Shown one piece after another: positions 1 through 10,387 of a stretch of 64,000 nt of DNA (its first letter is position 1; every line of letters starts with the position of its first letter). The stretch covers positions 1 to 64,000 of the forward strand of contig JALDZS010000083.1 of the NCBI GenBank assembly GCA_022813965.1. The letters are read 5' to 3'. The notes beneath the pieces were generated by a model. It had not been told where the DNA came from. It searched no databases and was given only the letters and a program-made list of their open reading frames with translations. This DNA comes from Toensbergia leucococca (taxonomy: Eukaryota). A program made the position numbers and the translations under genes.

Positions 1-401
1 AATTCATCTGCGAAATCTTGGCACCGCACATTCTCCTTCCACCTCCACCTCAATTCCGAAGCCTACACCAAAATTAGTACTGTAAACTCAACAGCCCTAG
101 GGAATCATCTGAGAAGATCATTCATTATAAATGTATCACTCATCTAAGGATTCTAGCAGTGTTGGGGGTCATGACCGCAGTATGTCAATTTTGAGGGGGG
201 TGAGCTACCATTACTGTTCAAACCTCTGAAGCATTTATAAGCGTTACTCATCTACTGAATGATGTCGTCAGATGCTCTCAAGTGATTCCTCAGTGGCTAT
301 CAAGCTTGCAGTATTAAATTTGATGTAGATATAGTGTAGGCTTAGGAATTGGGGTGAAGGTGAAAGGAGAATGCGCGATGCCAAGATTCCGCCGATGAAT
401 T
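1..401. repeat. Imperfect long inverted repeat (fold-back / MITE-like remnant), possibly truncated by window start
   Basis: Positions 1-70 match the reverse complement of 332-401 at 61/70 ungapped positions; 7 of the 9 mismatches are transitions. Weaker gapped similarity continues inward (71-120 vs ~270-325). Confidence 0.85.
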
Positions 402-1416
402 GCACGCGCTAAATGTGGAGCACAATTCGCGCTTAAGAGCTGCTTGTTACGTCTCGAAATTCCATAGAATTGGAAAGAAAAACAAAATCATACAACAGCT
501 GAGATTCGCTGGTCGTCACCGACCCACCTACTAATCAGCCGATCTGAGTTTTGTGTATGGCAGAGCGGACGGGATGCCCAATATTCCTCAGTCTGTGGTC
601 GTATGTGGAAGAAAAAATCTTATTTCTTTGTATAATTCTATAATTATAAAAATGCATACCGATTCCAATTGAGATTGAGCACGAATGAGGCTGGCGAGGC
701 ATAAATTTGTTTTTGATTTCAGTCTAAATAAGTTATAATTAACTAGGAGAGGAGGTGCATTGGCCACCAGGCTGCCCACTAGGAATCGAACTACAGCAAG
801 CCGCTCCTACCTATCCTAATGCATTATCAGTCAGCCTGACATGCAGCCCGTTATTAATGGGAGAGCCACAGCCAGGTCGACCATTTTACAACGAGATCTC
901 GGACGATAAAGTGAACCAACCAACTAAAAGAACCAGACTATCAACAATCTTCAACAATCCTCTTATTCTGACCATTCTATCTCTGATTGAATTCACAATC
1001 CTCATGCAAATGACCAGCTTGTTTCTGATCGGATTCGATATGACCCCCCATTTCCCTTGATTTGCGTCTGTGTGCGCTGAATTGATGTGAGGTTTGACAT
1101 TGTGGCTGTCGTAATTGGAATGGTCAGACAAGGCGCGCTTGACGGGAGTATCATCGTTGACGTTGTTGGTCGCGGTTGTAGATACCATGGGCTCATGAAA
1201 AGGTTTGTTTCAATTTGCTGGGCTGGGGAGTGGGAGCTCAAGATCCTGACCCCTAATCGGCATTTCCAGTGAGACTGGATTTTCGTTTGAGCTTAGTGGT
1301 CAACCTTGGAGTCGGTCGTCTCGAGGGGGCTTGAAGCAGCTGCTGAGTCATGTCGGTGTTGAGCTGATGCGTCTGAGGAGCAGACGCCTACTCCCTAGGT
1401 CATTGGTAAGATCCCG

Positions 1417-2124
1417 CTACTTCTTGCTACTCAACATTCTTCTAGCTTTTCGAAAAGTGCCTCCTGCTTCATCGGTACTAAATGCATATGATTTTGGGAC
1501 TTTTTCATGATAGGACAAAGTACGACGCTCCTTCCCCTTCGACTCTTTCTCAACGATCCTCTTCGCCGGCGTTATTTCGAACATCCGAACATGGGAGCCT
1601 TTTCTCGCTCCATACTGCCGCAGCAAAAAGTTCAGGGTTTGGTATCTCTCAAGATCTTCGAGGGGCACGTAATCTATTGGCGTCTTACCCTGGAGGTCTT
1701 GTGCGTTGACGTTGCAACCTGCTTCTAACAAGAGACTCATAACAACACTTTTACCGTGTTTACACGCCAGGTGGAGAGCTGTGATGCCGGACTGGCTCTT
1801 TGCGTTGACGTTGGCGCCGTGTTCTAGTAGGATGTTCACGGCGGTCGCAAGTCCATGCTGCGCCACCCATAGGAGAGCCTCGTTTTGGTCAACGCTCCCC
1901 ACTCCACGATCGAGCATGGACTGCATCTGCTGACGGTTTGCATCTAGTGCAGCCTCTTTAAATAGATCATAAGCACTAGGGCCAGGCGCTTCGAAGAGAG
2001 AACGATCGTGCAGCCGAAGGTTATACAGTGGAGTTGGCGTACTCTGCGGTATGCTTTTTGTCCCTCGCGATTTTTGAGAAGGATTGTGAGGTGTACTCAC
2101 TTTTCCACTCCGAGCTTCGGGCAT
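1417..2124 (-). CDS. Ankyrin-repeat protein (2-3 repeats); probably has further upstream exon(s)
   Basis: Ankyrin motifs ALLWVAQHGLATAVNILLEHGANVN, GITALHLACKHG...LLLEAGCNVN and GKTPIDY. A GTAAGT...CTAAT..TACAG intron at ~2176-2130 joins an open upstream exon in frame. Confidence 0.75.
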   Translation of the reverse strand: MPEARSGKVSTPHNPSQKSRGTKSIPQSTPTPLYNLRLHDRSLFEAPGPSAYDLFKEAALDANRQQMQSMLDRGVGSVDQNEALLWVAQHGLATAVNILLEHGANVNAKSQSGITALHLACKHGKSVVMSLLLEAGCNVNAQDLQGKTPIDYVPLEDLERYQTLNFLLRQYGARKGSHVRMFEITPAKRIVEKESKGKERRTLSYHEKVPKSYAFSTDEAGGTFRKARRMLSSKK

Positions 2125-4121
2125 CGTGCCTGTACTAATTAGAGAATTGAAGTGTTCTAAAATGGGATCATACTTACTGCTCGTAAATTGGCATAGAGCT
2201 TGGGTGCTTGCGGCCTGGCTTTCATCCTTGAGAGTATCGAAGCTACATTGTGATGTAGCAAAAGAGGAAATACTCCTGGTATACTTTTTAGCTCACTGAT
2301 TTGTCTACCTACTGTACTATCTTTTCGGACTGGTGCAGTGTAAGAGACCATCTCTGTAGACGAGATACTAACCGTCGAGACATATGCCTACCACAATCTT
2401 GCTGTGGCGCAAGACTCTGATAGAAACTAAGACCTGGAGTTAGTGTAGGAGAGTGTGTAATTGATGATGGTGAGGTGGGCCGTGGTGTCGATATGAGATG
2501 TTCCGTCGGGTTTTGCATATTGATTATAAATGTGGGATTTGATTTTTCTCACAGATGCTGCTCCAGCGGTCTGAACTGGGCAACGCCGAGTCTTTTCTTA
2601 TTGGTATCACGTTGCACCCGACCCCCAATGGCTGTAAGCTTCACCGTCTTTTGGCACTGCTAGACTTTTTCGAGCAGAGCCTCGCCGTGTCTCTTCTCAT
2701 CAATATTACGCTGCCTCAGGTTCTCTATTTTCTGAGGCTCTATCGTTTCTTGGCCTGGTTCTTCCTTTTTGAGCAGTGTTGAATATCTGCGCCAAGAATA
2801 CCTAGACTTCAACTTGTAAGCATCTTTGAACCAAGAATATGACAACGCTGTTGCGGGCTGTATCTGTGCATGCACTGTCAAGAGTAAGAAAGCTGCCTGT
2901 CTTGGAGGCAGTAGAAATGCTTTCAGCCAATATCTCGCAACCTTTGAGGTATTTGTTTTGAGGCACGGTAAACCTGATTCAGATGTCACAGATTAAATAC
3001 CTCAAACTTTGAGGTACATTCGCATATCGTAATGTCTCCAACCTTGTGAGTCACATGAAGCTGAGGGAATAATTGGCTAGGGCTAATTGTTCTTGACGAG
3101 TCTGACGGGCTACGTCATTGTGTCGTATCCGTACCTTACCCAAAATAAATCCACCTTCATCTTCTTAAATTCAGCATCTACCCAAAAACTCAATTGCTCA
3201 CTATAGTCGTTGTAATAAAATCAACACATAGCTCTCCTGCATCACTCAGTAAATTTCAGATGTCAGTAAAAAGAAGCTGATGCGCCCCCTTTTACTCATC
3301 AGCTTGCTTCACTATGTGTCAAAAGCATGAAGGATTTTCGTGAGGGAATGTATATGGCTACAGTAAGTTGAAGTAAACTAGATGAGAGACAACGGAGGCA
3401 GCGAAGCAAAATCAAGCTCGTGCTCGGTCAACGGTAGGGAGGAAGGAGACGAAGACAATCAAGAGATAATGAAGAAAGTCAAATATCGGCTACATATCAA
3501 ACTTACCTCATCATCACTCTTTCTAATTTTCTCTCACCATCCATTCCAATCATGCCTGAAGTTGACAAAGAAGCCGTCTCAGCATTTTAATTCTCTATGT
3601 ACGTCCATGTCAAACGCTAGTCAGAAGCACTTGTTAGCTTGATGAAGCAATCAACGATAATTTAATGATCGGGGGCAGTGGGGACGGCTGTGAGCTGAAG
3701 GTGGATTGCATCGAGGCGATTTGACCCTGTTGCCAATACATGACCGCAAGAAAAGAACTTCCAGGTGGCAGGCTCATCGCGTTGACAATCGGGTAGTAAG
3801 GGTACGGCTGTTTATAATGATTGGTGGAGGCTACTCCTGCACGTCTTAGTCCCTCGTCTCGTTGTCTTTTGGTGGCAAGGGGGGCTCAGGTGAGTGATCA
3901 TGAAGACGTAAAATAGATGAAGGATAGGTAAGAAGCATTTTAACTTTTGATTGGGTCCATGGATGTTTTTTGAGATTCTGATTGCCAATAAATACATGCT
4001 CCGCAGGCGAGAACAATAGAGCGATTATTCTGATACCAGTAGGACCTCCTTGCGCCTATGATACAGGTATCCCGTTTGGACTTACGCCCCGAAAACACCG
4101 ATAAACTCGTGCAATTCCCAG

Positions 4122-4969
4122 CTAGCCCACACAACTCGACCAACCTATGTTACGCATTAGCATGTCACATTCTCAATCAAGATCCAAGAAGGCGAACTTA
4201 CTCGGCAATCCACAACCAAAGCCAACAAAGAGGTAAATCAAAAACACCACCACAACGGTCAACAAAACCATCAATTTGACATTCTTCCACCACATTTGCC
4301 TCTTCAACCCACGGCTCCTAACGCGAAAATCATGCGCCCCAACCCCCAGCCGATCCGTCTTATCGACCAACAAATCAATCCGTTCTCCCCTCTCCAACAC
4401 CCTTTCAATATTCTCCGTCATGATTCCCCTCACGCTCTCAATCTCCTGCTGCACATTCCCAATCGCATCCTCCTTTCCCGCCTGCGTGGTCCCATATCCC
4501 ACCATCAAACTCTTCAATTGCCCGTTAAACTCGGCAGCACCATATGGCGGCAAAATAGCAAAATCCGTAGTCTTGGGATCATAGCGCGCAAGAAATTGCT
4601 TTTTGATCTCGACGAGGTAGCCAAAGGGAATACGGCGCCCAAAGGAAGCGGAGGCGACGACGAGATAGGTGAGGCCACCGGCGGAGGGGTCAGAGGAGGG
4701 GTGGTCTGAGGGGGCGTCGGCGATGTAATGGATGAAGTTTTGGTTGTGGGTGTAGGTTAGTTTTTGAGGTGTTCTATGGTCGATTTTAGGTAGGATGAGG
4801 GAGGCGAGGGAGGAAGTCTGGGAGGCAGCGGAAGTGGTATGTTCGGATAAGATGGTGCTGCGGTAGGCAATGCAGGAGCTGAGAAAGAGGCGGGATTAGC
4901 TTTAGAAGAGGCATGAGGGTGGAGGTGGACTTACTAGAGGAGAGGTGTGGCGGTTGAAGAGGACGCCAT
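4122..4969 (-). CDS. VAMP7/Nyv1-like longin R-SNARE (synaptobrevin family), 3 exons
   Basis: MASSSTATPLLYSCIAY... longin domain, R-SNARE motif NIERVLERGERIDLLVDKT, C-terminal TM helix. Introns at 4934-4879 and ~4201-4145. Confidence 0.92.
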
Positions 4970-5667
4970 TATGAGGGATGGGTTATGATCAAAATAGAGA
5001 GTTTACTTGTAAGGCTCTATACTGCTAGTAGTCTTGCATGGGAAATTTGTTGATGAGAATGGATCTCGATGCCTTGAGAGATGCCACTTAAAACGAGCAA
5101 ATAGGTAGGATATTATACGGATAACGAGGCCATGACGTTCCAAGCGCTTATTTTAGTGTATCGGTTCTAGCCGCCACACGCTCTATTCGGGGATTAGAGG
5201 ATTGTTTTGTCTCCAGGATGTATTTTCGTTCCAAGGAAATCTGATTACTTTACGTGAATTGCTGGATGAGCCATAACGGTAGTACGACTAGACCAGATCG
5301 CTTATTCCTTGAGAAGTTAGCATTCCTGCCCTCTATCTATTATGCCAAATCTTTCGACTTAAGTTGAGATACCTAAGTTCGTTAATGATTGTCATCGTAT
5401 GTCCACAGCTCAGGATCATCCAATTTATATGCCTAGACGGCGAGCGTTTTTTCAAATCATCTTGAAAAGGTTGCTAGCTTTAAAGTCACAAGCATCCAAT
5501 AAAGTGAAGTCATCTAGAGAGGAGTAATGTCGATTATTTGGATGTCCACTGCTTAGTTTATGCAACGCTGGCTCTGTAAACAACTTGCGACTCCTCCACT
5601 ATGCCACCACTGTGCTGGTCCATCTAATTGTTACATATGATACAGAGGAGGGACAGGAAACGTGCGC

Positions 5668-6180
5668 TTATTCGTTGATTTTGGCAAGTAACCTGAAATG
5701 CATGTTAGAACTTATCTAACAAAACACACATCTGTATGTTGCAATCTATACTTACTCATGATCTCGAAACAGCGAGTACTCCTCCTCTCCTACCTTCACT
5801 GGACTTCCTCCATACTGTAGTGAATTGCCATTAGTCACTGAAGCTTTGTACTACGTAGCATTGATACTAGGCCGAGAGATTCGACGCACCTGAGGTATTA
5901 AGACTTTATCTCCAGGTACCACGCTTGGCGTAACTCTCTTTCCCTCCTTGTCGAGGCCGCCCGGACCAACAGCTAGAACCTTTGCCTCATTGAGCTCCTT
6001 CACGCTGCTTTCTGGCAGGAAAATACCACCAGCCGTTTTCGATTCGGCTTTGATTCGCTGAACCAAGATACGATCCAGGAGGGGCGCAAGAGATTTGATC
6101 GATTTAAGTGCTGTAGTCTAGGAGTGCTTATTTGAGTAGAGGTCCTCGTTTGGTATGAGAGATAGACTAGTACATACCAT
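5668..6180 (-). CDS. HSP10: Mitochondrial 10 kDa chaperonin (GroES family), 4 exons
   Basis: Spliced product M|TTALKSIKSLAPLLDRILVQRIKAESKTAGGIFLPE...GDKVLIPQ|YGGSPVKVGEEEYSLFRDHE|LLAKINE*. Confidence 0.96.
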
Positions 6181-6637
6181 ATTGCCGTAAGTTTTGAAAT
6201 GATGTGATGTGAAACGCTAACAGATCGTGTAGGTACAAGTTTATGTTTTGTATGGAGCAGTGTTTGAGAAGTCCGACTTTGTTGATACTATGAGTTTACA
6301 GCAAAGAAATTTCTAGAGCGCCAAGACGGCAGCAGCCGACTCCCCGAATTGGAACTAAATAATCAGCCGAGTAATCTCCTAGACTGCACAACAGCGCACA
6401 AGACAATCCGATAGCTGTAACTCCAAGTCTCCATCAGTCCTACTATCTATTCTAATGGTAGCACATTGTTTGCAGGGGTAGACATCCTCTAATCATTTAG
6501 TCTCTACTTACAAATAACCAATATTCCGTTCTCTAAGATTGAGAATAGTATGGGGTTTACAATTATAAGGTGTTTGAAGACCTTGACTGGGGAGTGAGCA
6601 GCAAAATATCAGCACGGACTAAATGGCTAAGATGAGA

Positions 6638-8109
6638 TCATGTCGACAAAGCCCAGATCTTGAGGCTGTTATCGACACCTTGAGTCTCTTGAGGTTTCGA
6701 GATTAAGCTACTCGAAGGCGCAATCGACATGTCGCTATTTATATCGCTCTCGACATCTTCTACATCGGCACCAGTACTAGTTATGGCTCGTTGACCTGAA
6801 CATGTCGCCAATACGGTACCCCATGGATGTAAAGTTGTCGAAGATACTGCGTCTAGAAGTGCGTATTTAGCCTAGTACACCAATGAATTCTCTCCCAAGA
6901 TGTCTTACCATCGTGCGCATGGAATTCCCATACAGGATCCACTACTCCCTGCCTCATGCCGAGGCCTTCCCAAACCCTCACTAATCCATCTGTCCCCCCA
7001 GCCCAAACATCGCTTCCGACGATCTCAGTTCCTAGTCTCTGATTGGTCATTCCATGCCTATCTCCTAGCCATGCCAACCTCTTCCCTGTCCCTCGGATAT
7101 CCCATACACCCAGACCATCACTATTTCTCTCCGCCGTACATAAGTACCTCCCACAAGCACTCCACAATACCTGCGTGACGCCTGTTCCTCCTAGAGTTTC
7201 CTCTCTGTCCCCTTTGATTTCAAATACTCCCTGCGTTCCTCCTCTTCCATAGCCATCATAAAGCCCTATCCACCTGCTAAAAGTCCCAGCTGCTAACACG
7301 CCGTCGCAGCTTATTCCTAATGTGCTCACTATACCCTTCATGCCACCTCCACCAACGAGCTTACTGCGCCGGGATGCAATTGTAGGCATCCTGTTCATAG
7401 GTCCTTCGCCATTGCGGTTGATGTCGAAAGTACAGATGAGGTTATCGGAACCGGCAAGGAAATGATTGGGATTTTCCGGAGAGAACAGGAGGGAGTGCGG
7501 AGCAATGTAGTCCTCTGTGGTAAGGGAGATGAGAGGATAAGTTGCTATTATAGCCGAGGAAAGGGGAGAAAGAAGACGGATAGGAAGCGAACGGGGGGAG
7601 GCAAGAAAAAGGCACGAAGATGGAGACTGGAGGTCAAAGGATGGGTAGACGCTTGTAGCGTATGTAGGCTCAGGAGTGCGATGGAAGGCGTAGGGAACAA
7701 GGTCATGAGGAGCGTCAGAGGAGAGAAGATCAACAGGCCTGCCTTCCTAAAGACTTAGTAGGTTTGATGGGACTTGGGGACTGGGAAGAGATACAAGATG
7801 AACGATCTCAGGTTGTTATCGGCACTCGAAGTAATGATGGTAGTTCCATCGGGAGACCTTCATGAGCCGAGTCAGTACTACTTTTGACAGAATTGTAAAG
7901 ACCAGGAGCGAGCACCATTGGGCGCTCTTAAAATAGTTGGACTCGTCACTGCTATAAAAGCCATGGCTTCGTTGAGAATGCTCTATATTGCCGGCAGCAA
8001 GCTGTGATGCTTCCTTCTCCGACGTTGCTGCGACGGAACCTCGGTATAAAAGGCCTGTCGATCCAACAAGGCGCGGTTCAGGGCGATCTAAGTCATATTT
8101 CTGGTCCAT
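6638..8109 (-). CDS. SWT21: WD40 protein, SWT21/TCAB1 (WRAP53)-like, multi-exon
   Basis: NYFKSAQW near the N-terminus, GVTQVLWSACGRYL, VWDIRG, TNQRLG, HPWGTVLATCSGQR and the terminal DNSLKIWA match the Swt21/TCAB1 pattern. Confidence 0.8.
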
Positions 8110-10387
8110 GGTCGCCTTCAAAAGATTTGGAGAGGGCTTCTCTCGTAATGATTACAGCGAGCGAAGAGTCGCAGTCTATTGGGAGGAGGGAGGCAGGGAG
8201 ATTCAAATTCCCGAACCTCGCCTAGGAGCTAAACCCGATCAAACGATCTGGAGTCTGCACACTATTCTAATTGAACAAAACAACCACCTCGAGTTCAAAC
8301 CTACTTTTTCAAATTACACATTAAACATAGCCTCAATTAATTAACTGATTCAGCCATCTTACTCATCTCATCACTGAGTATCATCTCATACCCAGCAATG
8401 ATAGGTAAGATGTCATGACCGCTGATAGCTCACGCGCCACCTGATTTTCATGAACGCGCGCTCTCAGTAATGCTAAGCCGCAGTAGATTATCGCCGCTAA
8501 TACAAAGGAAGATGTCACACTCCATGAAAATCCCCAGCTTGAGGTCCCAATCCTCCAAGCACCATACCTGATTTAACGTAAGATGATTGGTAGGAGCGGA
8601 TCAGTCGTTGTTTATCGAAAAGCCCGAGGACCACGTTAATTACAGAACAACCAGTTTCAGAGCCATGACTCCACCTGAAAAGATCAAGGAGGAGAACATG
8701 TCTCTTTGTGGGAGAAATAAGAGCCCAACAAAGAATCTAGACTCGAATCATAAGATTTAGGAGGGATAAAATACGACATAAAATCCGATTCGTTAAGAAA
8801 AATGTTCAAAGCAAATTCGAGTAGAAACTTCAATCACTCGGTATCGCCAAAAACCAGCTACATTGCTCGGGTAAGAAAAAGAACGTTGCCATCATCTCTG
8901 GAAATTAATATATGAAAACCATACCTTGCTTGCCGTGGCGCGCCCAGGAGCCTCCAGGATATATTATGCGTGAAGCGCAGCGAAAAGAGTCAGAAGAACA
9001 AGAAAAGCCACCACAAATGCGGATGAGAGGAAGCCTTCTCTCAAAGTACAATTCAGAGTAGTCGGCAAAAATCGCCACTCTTCTGTCTACGGGTCTTCAT
9101 CGAAGGGCTGTAGGCGAGGAGCAGTAGCGTAACGCTCTTCCCGCATGGTTCCAGCATTGGAGGCATTGGTGAATTGCAAGAATCAGGGTGGAGCATCTGG
9201 TTTACTTACCGGATTTCCACTCCTCGTCACCTAGCTCGCTCACTGGAAGGCGGGCGCCCCCTTTAGGCGACAAAATTCGTCTTGTCTTTCACGCGCCCAG
9301 TCACATATATGAAAGACTTTGACGATGCCTCCTTGGTGAACTTCCTTGGCTTTGAATACCATACTTCTAACTGGTATTTCAGTTTCAAGGGTCAGTCGAG
9401 TCGCCGGCCGCTTTTGAAAGGATGACATGCCACCATTTCCTAATCCTTTTGCGGTTTGTGTGCATGTTGACTAGTTTACACAATCCCATCGCTTCATGTA
9501 AAATCAATCAACACACGCACACACAAACCAAAGGAGTCAGGAACGTCGCTGATTGTCATCCTTGTAGAGTAAAGACTCCTATGGATTCTGCGCCTCTACT
9601 CATGAAAAGCCCCGTGGCAGAAGAAAATCCGTATCAAATACCACCAAACTCCCTAAATCTACGCATCTTCCACAAAACCCGCCCCACACATCAGCCTCGC
9701 CGTCACTTACTATACAATCAGTCCTTCCAAAACCCCCTTACCCCCGAACAAATCAACGCCCTCCCCCCCACCCCAAAAAAAACACAAGAGATTCCTAACC
9801 AGACCCACTGATCTTGGCCTGAAATGAAGCCCCGTCCCCGACGATGCGTGTTCTGAGGTGGGTGGACAAGTATGCATGTAATCGCCACAAGATGAGTTGG
9901 TCTACTCCGCGATTTCTGTTACGCCGACTCATCTTGTGGCGATAGCTTTGATACTCGTCGATGCAGCCTCGGGATATGTTTTTCCACAAAGTATGGGACA
10001 GGCCGATAAGCTAGATGGGGGTTTTTTACACGTCTATTCATGGTAGGTCATGCGTGACTGATTTGCAGAAGGCGGAGCGGATGTTAGCGAATGATCTATC
10101 TTTTCTTATCTCAACGTATCCGGATTTTGGATACCGATGGTATGGCCTTGAGTAAGAATTTCAACAAAAAATTTTTTTGGCCAAGATACGCAAAATGATC
10201 ATACAGATACACCCCAGCGTACAAGAGATGGTTCCGATTGATTCGGTAAATGGCCCAAAAACCCCCAAGATGATACCGTGGAGATTAACGCATACCCAAG
10301 CCCTCTGCTACGAAATTCACATTACTTTCATTCCGCCTCAGAGTTCCTCATCCCGCTCATAGAACTCTCCTCCGACAATTCCTCCCC

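Noticed and set aside
886..1416. ORF 886-1188 is in frame with the ankyrin ORF, suggesting a disrupted longer gene
   Set aside because: Four stops in ~76 intervening codons is what random sequence gives, and no domain is recognisable.
5255..5630. Possible further decayed inverted repeat between HSP10 and the R-SNARE gene
   Set aside because: Only short patchy matches (e.g. ccaaat..tcgac); cannot be separated from chance by eye.
9201..9215. ttacttacc resembling the U1 snRNA 5' end
   Set aside because: Not ATACTTACCTG and no U1 stem-loops or Sm site follow; better read as a minus-strand splice donor.
9795..9989. 64-aa minus-strand ORF
   Set aside because: Non-ATG start, no motif, and it overlaps the 17-bp inverted repeat.
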